64,000 nt of DNA, from positions 20,228,862-20,292,861 of the forward strand of contig NC_068984.1 in assembly GCF_001194135.2 (NCBI RefSeq), read 5' to 3'. The stretch is from Octopus bimaculoides. Taxonomy: Eukaryota. The first letter of the stretch is position 1. Every line of letters starts with the position of its first letter. Below are positions 40,400 through 52,432 of the stretch, one piece after another. Under the pieces are notes generated by a model. The model saw nothing but the letters and a program-made list of their open reading frames with translations, was not told the origin of the DNA and did no database searches. The translations under genes were made by a program, and so were the position numbers.

Positions 40400-40910
40400 A
40401 TGCCAAGACCACGTAATCCTACTTCAATCCTTCCGGATAATATTTCACCAATACCTTTTGGAGATTTGTGCAATTTGGAAATAAATTTTGAGCAGATGAT
40501 TCTTGATGGTGTCAACAGTCGAGATTTGGAGGGAACGATGCGATGGCTTACAAGACACAACCTACTAGCGAACACGAGAAATTGCGAACACTGTCAAGAA
40601 CCCATGCGTTTTATTGCAGATATCGCTAAATATCCAACAGACACGAAGAAATGGAATTGTCGTAAGTGTAAGAAAGAAAAATCGGTACGGGAAAGATCTA
40701 TTTTCTCCAACTCTAAATTACCTCTTTACAAAGCTACTCAGCTGCTCTACTTATGGTCAACCGACTGTCCTCAGAAAATGCTATTAAATGAGATACGAGC
40801 ATCGGAGCGTACGGTAGCGGGTTGGTTTGACTTTGTGGATGACATTTGTCGCAGGTGTATGCTTGCTCACGACAAAAATCTTGATGGCTTTGATGATGCT
40901 GGCTCTTATT
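40400..40910 (+). mobile_element. Truncated Merlin/ISXO2(IS1595)-like transposase, N-terminal half
   Basis: WL..HNLLAN..NCEHCQEPM...WNCRKC...SVRERSIFSNSKL.L...LLYLWS...E...SERTVAGWFDFVDDIC...LDGFDDAG; breaks off just before the VEIDES catalytic motif. Confidence 0.75.
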
Positions 40911-42554
40911 TCAGACAGACTTTCCCCACACCTCATACTTTGGGAAATCTTTTGTTTTGGATTGCCACTTTCTATTCTCTGTGATCATATTCTGGTGTAA
41001 AGAAACTTTTTTCCAAAATTTTTTGGATTTTGTCTAAGAATGTTTTCTCTTAAGTCTACAATTCAATTTATAAACTGGGTGAGAATAAAATAGGAGGGAA
41101 GCAACGTATTCAAAATTAAGACCATGGGAGATGTAAAAATCTGATTTAGCTTTCCCGAACTACTGAAACGAATAAAAGAATGCTTCAAAAATAGGTAAAT
41201 GCATCATTTCTAAAATTTTCATTTTTAATGTATTTTTCCAAAAGTACATTTAAGATTCATTTTTGTCTTGGATAAGGAAGATTCCAATTTTGTAAAAAAA
41301 AAGAAACTTTTTCCTTGTGCACCAGCATGACCGCAGCCACTTGGCTGAAACACATAAATAAATAAATAAATAAATAAATAAATATGTAATACTTCCTCTC
41401 GAGGAAAATTTGTCACACAAAATGTGTTTAGGTATAAGAAGGGAATACAACTGTCATATTTATATAAGCAAAAGTAGTACAAGAAAACGAACTAAGTAAA
41501 CTTATTGGAAAAAGATCAAAATTCAAAAATTTAATGGAATTCGTGATTTACCTAGTTTAAATAATTTACTTATTCGTTTCGGTAAAATCTTTTACTATTC
41601 CCTATTATTATAAGTCCAAATTTTAATCACGCCGCTTTCCTCCCTTTGAAGTGTTGTTTACATGTGTTACAACATTTTTCACCCTTGACAAGAAAAATTA
41701 AAACGACATTTGAAATCGCACAGAAACATTCAAGATTTATTGTTTTTCAAAAAACACTATTCCAATGTTTTCATCTCAAATGATGACAAGTACATAAATA
41801 TACATTTCGCAATCTTTACTATAAAACAGAGGCCGTTTCGAATTAGTTTCATTATATATTTTCTTTTCTTAAATACTGAAATATGAAGACTTGTTTCTTA
41901 ATCATATATCTTTTAATAGAATATATTGCGTACGATAAGAAAATTACTCTTGACTAAAAGCAAGTTCCAATACAAGGCAACTAAGTAACTTTTATAAAGT
42001 CTTGGGTTGTTGTGAAGCCCCAATCATATGGCATGCAGATAGCCGTCCGACCGACGAGGTATATCCCGAAGATCTACATTTCTATTTATCCCACGTCTCT
42101 GTGAAGTTGAGGACTATAAGGCACACTCCGACACACGCTGATGAAATTGCATGGTGTAAACAGTCTGGGTATATCTATATGTCTATAAATTCTAGGTGGC
42201 TACATCGGAGGCGATCGAGTCGATCTCAGAGTGTGACAATTACTATTTTTTCCTCTACACATGACCGTGTATATCTCAGCACCGTATTTGATGTCGGTGA
42301 GTCTCTTGATGTTACAACTATTTCTGTGTGTATGTCTTTTTAAAGCTTTATGTATGTGTGTGTGTGTGTGTGTGTTGGTGCTTAGGTGGATTTTCGGAAT
42401 AGCTCATCCGGCATACCTAATGTACCCCCATCAACTTTGTTTCCTCGTAACTTTCAGAAAAATTTATATTTTTTAAACGACGTTTTCTATAAATGCTTTA
42501 TAGCGGAATTTGATTTTAAAATTGTTTTCCAAAGGATTGAGATTGGAGTTTCGA

Positions 42555-43650
42555 AAAATACACACGTGTCAGTTTTGTTTCCTCATTATTTTTAGAAACA
42601 TGAATGTTTATAAATGGAATTTTGCACGAAGTCGTGGGGTGGAGACACACTTCTGTATGTCAACTTGGGCATACCTACACAAGTTGGATTTTGTCCGTTT
42701 TTGCCTGTGTGATACAAAAAAGAATTTGAAAAATCCCGGCGAACACAGAGAAAATCCAGCCGATGTGGCTGAGCAATTCCGAAACTCTGCTGATGCTTTT
42801 TTTTTTTTGTATGACAGAGACTGGATGAGGTGGAAGCTTGCTGCAACGACAAACTATGCTCCTCGAATATCCTGGTGGTCTTCGTGGATGAAAAGGAAGA
42901 AATAAGTTTAAATCCATTAGAGTTATGTCCCTTAGATTTGTCTGTGTTTTTTTTTTTTAATTGTCAATTACATATTTTATACTTAATGTTAACGATGAAA
43001 TATGTAATTGTATATAAATTGTACTTTCAACAAAGACGGTATTGTTCGATTCATTCATAATAGTGATTTCATCAGAGTNNNNNNNNNNNNNNNNNNNNNN
43101 NNNNNNNNNNNNNNNNNNNNNNNNNNNNNNNNNNNNNNNNNNNNNNNNNNNNNNNNNNNNNNNNNNNNNNNNNNNNNNNNNNNNNNNNNNNNNNNNNNNN
43201 NNNNNNNNNNNNNNNNNNNNNNNNNNNNNNNNNNNNNNNNNNNNNNNNNNNNNNNNNNNNNNNNNNNNNNNNNNNNNNNNNNNNNNNNNNNNNNNNNNNN
43301 NNNNNNNNNNNNNNNNNNNNNNNNNNNNNNNNNNNNNNNNNNNNNNNNNNNNNNNNNNNNNNNNNNNNNNNNNNNNNNNNNNNNNNNNNNNNNNNNGAAA
43401 AATACACACGTGTCAGTTTTGTTTCCTCATTATTTTTAGAAACATGAATGTTTATAAATGGAATTTTGCACGAAGTCGTGGGGTGGAGACACACTTCTGT
43501 ATGTCAACTTGGGCATACCTACACAAGTTGGATTTTGTCCGTTTTTGCCTGTGTGATACAAAAAAGAATTTGAAAAATCCCGGCGAACACAGAGAAAATC
43601 CAGCCGATGTGGCTGAGCAATTCCGAAACTCTGCTGATGCTTTTTTTTTT
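42555..43650. repeat. Direct duplication of ~250 bp (42555-42808 and 43398-43650) straddling an N gap
   Basis: The two copies appear identical up to a poly-T run, then diverge. Confidence 0.85.
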
Positions 43651-44383
43651 TTGTTTTTTTTTCAAGTATGGTACTTAATCGATTGATCTGTTTTACCGAA
43701 CTACTAAGTTGGTCGGCCTGGGGCTATAGTAGAAGACACTTACCCAAGGTGCTACACAGAGGGACTGAACCCAGAACCATGTGGTTGGGAAGCAAGTTTC
43801 TTACTATACAGCCACAAAAAAAGCATTATTAAACATGAATGTCTTTTTAGAAAATTTAGTGTCATTCGTATTTGTAATGTATATTTTTTTAATTTACAGC
43901 CATAATATAAAGAGTTGTCAGTCAAAACTTAGATTGTTAGTGATGGCAACAGCAAATTATTTAAATTGGTTAACTCAGTTTAATTGCTTTTTATTGGGTT
44001 GTTAATGTTCCAGAAGGCCAATTGTGGCTGCAACATGTTTGGAGATGAAATTTTATTTGCCATATACTGACCTAAGTTTCAATGGTGATTTGATTTGCAA
44101 TAAGGAATGTGTATCTATGTTTGCAAAAAGTTTTAGTGAGGAGAAGGTGATTACTTTAGGCAAACCATATATGTGACAAAGTGCAATGTTCAAACCTTAG
44201 TCATTAACTCTTGCATTTCTCTGAGAATCAAGCTAATAAGATTGATTGTGAACTTAACCTATCTTTTAGTTTTGTTTTGTTTCCTCTTTCTTTCCACTTA
44301 CATATGTACACACACACACACATTCATTTTCCATGTTTTTAATATAATTTGTCTGTTCCATTTTCAGATAGCTGAAACTTAAC

Positions 44384-45157
44384 ATGTTTCGAAGAATATT
44401 TCCTTGTTGCCAACTTTTGTTTCACAAAAGTCAACTGTCGGCCAAAACTTCAGATGAATGTAATTTTATTTTAAAATGTATTAAATCTAATAGGTTCTAT
44501 AACACACTTTTGACAAAACATCCTTCCATACAAGCCACAACTAAAAGTTTGTTGTCACCTCTTGAGTTATCTGAAACTTCCCTTTGTAGTTTTCCTAGCA
44601 ATGCCAATCAGATCTACCATTCACTCTGTACAAAGAGCGGAAATACATTGCAAACCAAAAAGAGTAGTTTTAGTCATGTGAATGTCTCCGGTAAAATAAA
44701 CATGGTTGATGTTGGTGAAAAATCAGTGACTCATCGTATTGCCAAAGCAACTGGAGTCATCTATATTGGTGAAAGAGTATTCAAACTCCTACAAGAAAAT
44801 GAACTTAAGAAAGGGTCAGCCCTTATTGTTGCAGATATAGCTGGAATAATGGCAGCTAAAGAAACCAGTCGTTTCATTCCATTATGTCATAGCATTCCTG
44901 TGGTCAAAGCAGAGTTAACTTTTCAAATGAATGAAGCTAAGTACTGTGTGCGTGTAACATCAGAAGTCCATACGATGGCTCAGACAGGAGTTGAAATGGA
45001 AGCTTTAATGGCAGTATCTGTAAGTTTACTCACCATATATGACATGTGTAAAGCAGTTAATAAAAATATGGTTATTAGTGATATTAAGCTTCTCTCAAAG
45101 ACTGGAGGTAAAACTGACTTCAATGCTTCATATGATGAAAAAGAAAATGCAATATAA
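44384..45157 (+). CDS. MOCS1: Cyclic pyranopterin monophosphate synthase MoaC / MOCS1B with ~95-aa N-terminal extension
   Basis: 257-aa ORF with MoaC motifs SHV..GK.NMVDVG, GIMAAKETS..IPLCH, TGVEMEAL, LTIYDMCKAV, KTGGK. Splice acceptor ttccattttcag ends at 44367, 16 nt before the ATG; AATAAA at 45178. Confidence 0.95.
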   Translation: MFRRIFPCCQLLFHKSQLSAKTSDECNFILKCIKSNRFYNTLLTKHPSIQATTKSLLSPLELSETSLCSFPSNANQIYHSLCTKSGNTLQTKKSSFSHVNVSGKINMVDVGEKSVTHRIAKATGVIYIGERVFKLLQENELKKGSALIVADIAGIMAAKETSRFIPLCHSIPVVKAELTFQMNEAKYCVRVTSEVHTMAQTGVEMEALMAVSVSLLTIYDMCKAVNKNMVISDIKLLSKTGGKTDFNASYDEKENAI

Positions 45158-45177
45158 ATGTATATAAATGTTATAAC

Positions 45178-45183
45178 AATAAA
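45178..45183 (+). terminator. Candidate poly(A) signal of MOCS1B
   Basis: AATAAA 21 nt after the stop, followed by T-rich sequence. Confidence 0.5.
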
Positions 45184-46079
45184 AATTTTAAATCTTGTTT
45201 TAATTCCTGTTTTAAACCAAGTTTTGTTTTTATCCAGGCATCATGGTATGTCATCTTTTGTCATTATCATCATCATCATTTAACATCCGTCTTCTATGCT
45301 GGCATGGGTTGAACACCTCGACAGAAGCAGACAAGCCAGAAGACTGCACTATCTGTTTTGGCATGGTTTTTATGGCTGGATGCCCCTCCTAACACCAAAC
45401 ACCTTACAGAGTAGACTGAATGCTTTTTATGTGGTACCAGCACCTGTGAAGTCCCTGAGTAACTTGCAAGACAAAGATTCTTTGAGAAAGGGGATATTGA
45501 AGGAGGTGGCTTTATGCCAGCTGATGAGAGGTTGGAGTATGACAGAGGGACAGAAACAGGTGTCTTGCTATAATGGAGAAACATGGTAACCTGAGTCAGG
45601 GAAAAAGCAAGAGAGATAGTGACAATGTGCCAGGGCATATTCACAAAGTACAAGAATGTGAATATAAATGGGATGGTAGAAGATTGTCCAGGGTGTGTGA
45701 GTAGGGAGTTCATGTAAATGCAAAAAGGTGGGAGGGGGGAATGTAGTGACTGGTGAAACCTGGGTATATAGGGTGGTAACAGGATAGCATTTTTTGTTTA
45801 CTTGTTAAATTTTATAAACTTTTTCCTTATTTTATAACAGATAATTTTATTTTCTATGTCTACATGTAAATGAGATTAACATCGTTTTTACATCTTATTT
45901 TCCATGCTGGCATGGGTAGGATTTCTTTTTTTATGAGGATCAGTCGTCATTCTTCTGTTCATATCTTTTTTGTTTTCCACTTTTGCAGATTCTTTATAAG
46001 AGCATCATTTGATGTTGTTTTACCTAAATATCATTCTTCACACGCACACTTTCCATCTCCATATCATTGCAGTGTTTGT

Positions 46080-46480
46080 GATTGTGTGTTATAACAAATA
46101 CCCAGTTCTTCTCTGTAAGCTTGTACTTTATCTTTCTTACATACTGACATTATGCATCCAGGGAGCATTCTCGCCTCCATTCTTTCCTGCCTTTGCATAT
46201 CCTTCATATTCAGCACCCATATCTCATAACCATGCAATGTCACACTTCATACACAAGCATCATACAATTAACCTTCAACTCAAAAGGAGAGATGCCTTGT
46301 TATGAATAGAGCTAATAGCATCATGAACATTTTCCCACCCTGTCTTACTCTGGTTACTATACTTTCAACACACACACCTCCATTGCTCATCCAGTCACCT
46401 AGGTAACAGAATTTATCATCTATTTCTAATATATCTAGAGACAATCAAGTCTTCATTTCTTAGCTGCTCCTGTTGCCAGC
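46080..46480 (-). mobile_element. Degenerate RTE ORF2 fragment
   Basis: Minus strand DKFCYLGD motif and downstream RTE-like residues with many stops. Confidence 0.55.
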
Positions 46481-46556
46481 TAGTCTTATTACATATGAAA
46501 TCTTTCTTTGTTAACCTACCATAAATCCCACAGCATTTTTTACAGGCCCATTGTTT

Positions 46557-46936
46557 AGCTTGTTTACCAACCACATGGTTCTGGGTTCATTCCCACTGCG
46601 TGGCACGTTGGGCAAGTGTCTTTTACTATAGCCTCGGGCCGACCAAAGCCTTGTGAGTGGATTTGGTAGAGGGAAACTGAAAGAAGCCCGTCGTATATAT
46701 GTATATATATATGTGTGTGTATATATGTTTGTATTTGTCCCTGCAACACCGCTTGACAACCGATGCTGGTCTGTTTACGTCCCCCGTGACTTAGCGGTTC
46801 GGCAAAAGAGACCGATAGAATAAGTACTAGGTTTCCAAAGAATAAGTCCTGGGGTCGATTTGCTCGACTAAAGGCGGTGCTCCAGCATGGCCACAGTCAA
46901 ATGACTGAAACAAGTAAAAGAGTAAAAAGAGTAAAA
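46557..46936 (+). mobile_element. SINE with internal (TA)/(TG) microsatellite and (AAAAGAGT)n tail; many partial copies (e.g. ~2880-3010, 4690-4797, 22600-22740, 27700-27860, 28815-28975, 34500-34700, 43665-43815, 53385-53660, 59395-59540)
   Basis: B-box-like GGGTTCATTCCC, CORE-like TTGGGCAAGTGTCTT, AAAGCCTTGTGAGTGGATTTGG, microsatellite, second arm and simple-repeat tail. Confidence 0.8.
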
Positions 46937-47498
46937 TTAGATACGTAGTATATAGTTCCTGCTACTCACTTTATACATATCCAGTATGACCACCTCATTC
47001 TAATCACTGTGAATAGTGTTCTGTTTTCTCTTTAGTTAAATTGACCTTTAGGCCTCTTAAATGAAGAGGTGTAAAGAAAATATTTCTCCACTTCTTGATT
47101 AATTGAGCTATGAGAACCTTAACATTTGCTTTTAGGAGTTTCATTAAACAGACATTCTTGATCACCTTTGTTATGGCTAGAAGAACTACAATAAGCAATC
47201 TATACACTAGATTCCTCAGTGGATTTGTTGCTAACTCTCACTCTACAGATCATTCATGTATATGGTTTGCAACACTTTCACAGGCTGTTTTGCTATCCTA
47301 GTTTTCCCTGATAAGGGCCTATGCTCCTTTATCTAAGAGCTTCTCCAAGTCAGCAAATAATAGTTTGATAGATATCAATGGTTTTGTCCTTGGCTAAGAA
47401 ATTCTCAAAGAATAATAAAATAAGTTCCAAAACACACATAAATGGGGTTCCTCTCAAGAAGTTTGATTGGCTATTTCAGTTTCTTTTGTGAAATAAAT

Positions 47499-47504
47499 TT
47501 TATT
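47499..47504 (-). terminator. Candidate poly(A) signal of CFAP70
   Basis: AATAAA on the minus strand ~200 nt after the stop; AT-rich context makes it weak evidence. Confidence 0.3.
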
Positions 47505-47707
47505 ACCAGAAAACAAAGTATTTTGAGATATTTTTTGTTCATATTAAAATTCATTTTAATTATTGTTATATATGATGATAATTAAAGTGAATTAATATAT
47601 TCCCATAGGAAAATATAAGTATTAATGCAAACAATTCATAAAAGTTTATCTTTTTGTAAGTTAACAGACACAGCCTATTTCTTCAGTTCTGGTAACTACA
47701 TTCACAT

Positions 47708-47821
47708 TTATTCTCCCTTTGATAGAATATTTTCTTTTGAGTGAAAAGATGTATTTCCAATCTCTGTAGTTTCTTGTAAGTGAAGTATTTCTTGCAAGAT
47801 TTCTTTATCATTTAACCCAAG
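47708..47821 (-). CDS. CFAP70: CFAP70 last coding exon (TAA stop)
   Basis: catttcag|CTT GGG TTA AAT GAT...GGA GAA TAA; LGLNDKEILQEILHLQETTEIGNTSF resembles the human end [26 protein letters not shown]. Confidence 0.9.
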   Translation of the reverse strand, partial: LGLNDKEILQEILHLQETTEIGNTSFHSKENILSKGE

Positions 47822-48189
47822 CTGAAATGGAACAGAACCATTTTTTAATTAATAGTCATGTTAAAAGAGATCAAATATTACATTAAGGACACAAACAGTT
47901 CTCGAAACTTTGAATATATTAAATATTTGGTCCACCTGACTGGCTCCCATGCTGGTGGCACATAAAAAGCACTATCTAAATGTGATTGATCTCAGGGCCG
48001 CCTGACTGGCTCCCATGCCAGTGGTATGTAAAAAACACCCTCTACACTGAACAACACCACGGAGGAATCGACATAAGCTTAAATAATAAACCATGATAGG
48101 TGAACTGCAATATGGCAAGGGATTACTGTATGTCTCAACAAATCACTTTGTATCCTATATGTGAAGTTAAGCCTATATTACTGCTTTAA

Positions 48190-48394
48190 CTCTTTAGCAT
48201 TCAGGTTACTCTGTGAAATTCACATTGTTTTGAATTAACCACGCATTAACATATAGCTTTGAGATTTCAATGATGTAATTGTATATTTTTAGAATGACAT
48301 TGTAGGGTAGGTAAGAGAGGCCAGATATAGCCAATTTGAGCATAAAGCAAGAAGAATATTTAGACCAAATATGGCTGGTTTAAATGCTAAAGGC
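48190..48394. mobile_element. piggyBac MITE family B, second copy
   Basis: TTAA|CTCTTTAGCAT...ATGCTAAAGGC|TTAA; body homologous to 30604-30819. Confidence 0.8.
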
Positions 48395-48596
48395 TTAATT
48401 CCTCCAAAAACTTTTTTTTCCTGAATATGCACTGCTGAAATTTAGGTGTTTTTAATATGTGCATTTGTCTTTTATGCCCTCAAATATGGCTTATAAAAAT
48501 ATTGTGAAAAGGGATCTCACAATAGTATTTCAAAGTGTAAATCAATACTTAGAATATTTTCCAAAATATTCTAGAGAAGATTTGAATGTAACTTAC

Positions 48597-48746
48597 TTTT
48601 ATAGAATACTTGAAACTTTGCTCAGCTTCATATATACGCTTATGTTTAAGGCAAACAAGAGCTAGATAGGCCCAAATTTCAGGATCCATGTTATTCAGAA
48701 TATTGGCTTCACATAAAGCAGACTCCGCTTCATACAACATGTCCAT
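48597..48746 (-). CDS. CFAP70: CFAP70 TPR exon
   Basis: ttcctag|ATG GAC...ATA AAA|gtaagt; [29 protein letters not shown]...EAEQSFKY. Confidence 0.93.
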
Positions 48747-49066
48747 CTAGGAAATAGATTACATAAAATAACTTTTGCATTTATGTTGCCACTGTTTGAT
48801 GAAGATATGTCACAAACAACAATAAAGACAAGACCAAAATTATGATAGTTACTAAGTTGGAAGGTGAAGACTCATCAGATGTGGGAACCTTTACTATGGC
48901 AACATCATTACATAAGTTAAAGAAACAAATGCACCTTTTCCAGGCAAGAATTAAAATAAAAAAAAGCGAACCCTACAGGAACTCTAAAGAGATTTCCCAT
49001 AATTCCAAGCTCCAGATATTCATCATGAATGTAAAATTGATATTCTTCTGTATATATCAAAAACGT

Positions 49067-49320
49067 GGAGGCACATGGCTTAGTGGTTAGAGTGTCAGCA
49101 CCATAATTGTAAGATTGTGGTTTCGATTCCTGGACCGGGCGGCGCGTTGTGTTCTTGAGCAAAACACTTCATTTCACGTTGCTCCAGTCCACACAGCCGG
49201 CAAAAATGAGTAACGCTGCGATGGACTGGCATTCCATCCAGCTGGGGAACACATACGCCACTGAAACCGGGAAACTGGGCCCATGAGCCTGGCTAGGCTT
49301 TAAAAGGGCACATTTATTTT
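49067..49320 (+). mobile_element. tRNA-derived SINE with CORE-like central domain
   Basis: A box TGGCTTAGTGG, B box GGTTTCGATTCC, body TTGTGTTCTTGAGCAAAACACTTCATTTCACGTTGCTCCAG. Confidence 0.85.
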
Positions 49321-49618
49321 TTTAATATATCAGAAACATCAAAGATATTAAGCAAGGTTTCATTAATGGATGCCAGCAGACAATCCTAAAAATTATGTGG
49401 ATATATTTTCTTATTAAAAATGTTGCTAGTGTATAAAAATATACATTGTCAGGCCTGAAATTTACAAATATAACAATGATAAAGTCATATATACTGAAAA
49501 ACATCTCTGCTTTTGGAAAAGATTATCAATGATTTACAGTTTATACTAATTAATAAGAGGACTTTAAACTAAGCTCTCTAAACTGTATCATTTTCAAAAA
49601 CAAATAAAAGATACTCAC

Positions 49619-49708
49619 TCGATAACAAGCTATTGCAACTCCCAGCCATGTGACAGAAGATGGGCTACCTTTACATGCCATGAGAAATATATCCCGAGCT
49701 TCTGGAAA
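49619..49708 (-). CDS. CFAP70: CFAP70 TPR exon
   Basis: aaattag|TTT CCA GAA...TAT CGA|gtgagt; FPEARDIFLMACKGSPSSVTWLGVAIACYR. Confidence 0.92.
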
Positions 49709-50249
49709 CTAATTTAAAACAGACAATTTATTACACCATAATGTTTAAAACTGGAATGACATTTTCATAATATTAAAGAAAACTCTTCAGTTGCTTCTAA
49801 CAAGGTATTGTGCTTAATTTTTCTTTGTCATGTCATGAAAAAAATCTGTCTGCAACAGTGAATACAATTAGTAACTGTGATGGCAATGAAAATCTTCCTC
49901 TAAATATTTGTGAAATGAAAATATCATTTTCTCTTCCGGTGCTGTAAGATAATTTATCTATACTGAACCAAAGAATGAATTCGCTTTTAGCAACAGCTCA
50001 TTAACCATAAGTTGACAATTAACATAGACTCTCTAAAGTCATCACCCTCTGTGACTTCAAGGTCTACAACTCTATTTGGGTCTCACACACCTTTCATACT
50101 GATGCTACTGGTGCAAATGCTGAATCTTTACATCATTCTAAACATTTTATGTTATTTAATATCATCATCCACTTGTATCCTGACACACAGGTAACACTAA
50201 CACCCTAGATTTTGTTCTTACTTCCAAACCAAATCCTTACTAAACTATT

Positions 50250-51900
50250 GCTGTCCCTATCCCTATTAGATTGTCCAGTTACTACCTAATTAAAACTACC
50301 CAACAAACCATAATGCCCAATACCTGCCCATCTCTTGGACCCTATGGAACTACCAATTTACATTGATTATCCCTGGCAAGAAATATGCTACAACACCTGT
50401 ACACACGCAATATGTCTACCAACTGGGTAGTGGGGGTGGTGAGTGTACCTTTCAAGACTACAACCCCAAAATTAAAAGATTCTTTTGTATACTGCAAGGT
50501 CAATAATCTCTTCTACCTTCAAAATTGTAACCAATCTTCCTAATCCCTTGCCTGGAGAATCTCCACCAACTTTGCAGAAACTTCCTTAACCAAGATGGCC
50601 CTCTTAGCAGCACTTCTGCAGAGGAAAATGCATCATTTGCTGTCTATTTTGCTTCCAACTCCACAAAACACACACGACTCCTCCAAAACTTGATATTTGG
50701 CACTGTACTTTGAAACTTTCTTGCTCTTCTCTACCAGCCCTACCACCAGGCACACATACAGATTGAATTTTAGGCTTTGCTATCACTAAAGATCTCTCAC
50801 AGTGAAAGAGTATCTTTAACATAGTTCAGACTACATCTCAAAGACTGTTCCTTCTCTTCATAGCCAGAAAATACTTCACCCTCCAATAATTACTGATACT
50901 CTACAAACTAAGATGAGAGTCAAAATGAAATGTTGCTCCCACATATGAGATGCTGCTGCTACTGCACACAGACATCCTAGACTGCATCTAGAGAAGTGCC
51001 ACTCAACTGATTGGAATAAAATTACTACCAGACATGCTCCAGCCTCTGACCCACAGACATGCTGTTTCTTTTCTCTACTTTTTCTACCATTACTACAATG
51101 AACATCTGCCCCATGGAGTTTGGTGGTCTTGTTTCGTTTCCAACTTACCTCTCCATGTTTCATCACCCATGTTGTGTCCAACCCCCCACCAGAACATCAG
51201 CCCTCCCACAAATGTCTTTTCTGCAGGTGTCAACTTGCAGCAGTTTAAGCCAAACATTAACAGCATCAGATACACTAGTCATGGAGAGTCTATAAAGGCC
51301 ATGGCTACTAACCCTTCTTCCAACAAGTAAAAAGCAATAACAGTAAACAGTACTATTAGCCCTAACAATATCTTTTTCATTACTCTCAAACATTACGCTT
51401 CAGAGCTAACCCCTATCCTTGCCAAACTCTTCAATTGTTCTCTACATACAGAGCATCTATCCTGATCTTTGGAAACATGTCCCATTCTAAAAGTCAGCCT
51501 TTTTGACCCTGAGAATGAATGGCTTATTCCTTTCCTTTTTAATCTGTCAAAGGTGAAGGAAACAATTGTTAACAACCATCTCTATAACATCCAGTCTCTC
51601 ATCCTTCTTAATGATCACCAGTATAGCATTTATAGAGTTAGATCAACTGGGAACCTACATTCATATGTCATTTCTTTGCCCTTGAGAAATTCAATGAAAA
51701 CTATGTCATTGGTTATGACACTGGCAAAACATTTGACTATATCTAGCAAGAACGTTCTTCTAGCTGAGCTGTCCATTTATGGAGTAGAAGGTTCCTTTCA
51801 GAGATGTAACAGAGGTTGTTACAGAAGAAGCAGACAGAGAAAAACAGGCATTTGTAAAATGGCTGTAATGTATTTGTGAGCAAGTATTGATCAAGCAATC
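50250..51900 (+). mobile_element. Old CR1/L2-like LINE remnant in a CFAP70 intron
   Basis: LKHYASELTPILAKLFNCSL, LSKVKETIVNNHL, LLNDHQY...RST and LLAELSIYG resemble the CR1-type RT N-terminus; upstream APE-like residues are heavily degraded. Confidence 0.6.
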
Positions 51901-52432
51901 AAATGGCTTTCTTTTGGATGCAGTCTGGAATCTTGTTATTTGTTTTAACTCTAATCAGTTTAATTAGGCTCATCTCTAATCCAAAAGTTATTGCTCTTTT
52001 TTTTCAGCTATAGTATATGTAGAACTACTTTATCCAATGCATCCTCCCTGTTTAAGTCAATAGGATGTTATTTGAGGGATGTTTGGTTACTATTTTTAAC
52101 AGGCCAAACAGTTATCTAGATGTTTCGTCATTGGCTCAAGTCTAGACTGTTTGTGCAAAGTAAACCAATATGGTTATACATGAACTTTGGAGAGGGTCAG
52201 TATCTAGTAAGGGCTGAAATATTTTCTAGTCCTAAATAAGAAGGCAAGTCTTTTGGATATAGTTTTAGGTAATGATTTGTAATGGTCACCACAATTCATA
52301 GGATTTTACATAATAATTTTAGAAATTAAATAATTATTAATGAATTGTCACTGAATCCAAGAACAATTACAGATTGTTTAAATGACTTGCAGTAAAGATT
52401 TAAAAAATGTAAAAAAAAAGGGCAAACATTAC

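Noticed and set aside
42830-42900. CCNDKLCS resembling a Ly6/three-finger C-terminal motif
   Set aside because: Lacks the CN ending and cannot be joined to upstream cysteine exons in a consistent frame.
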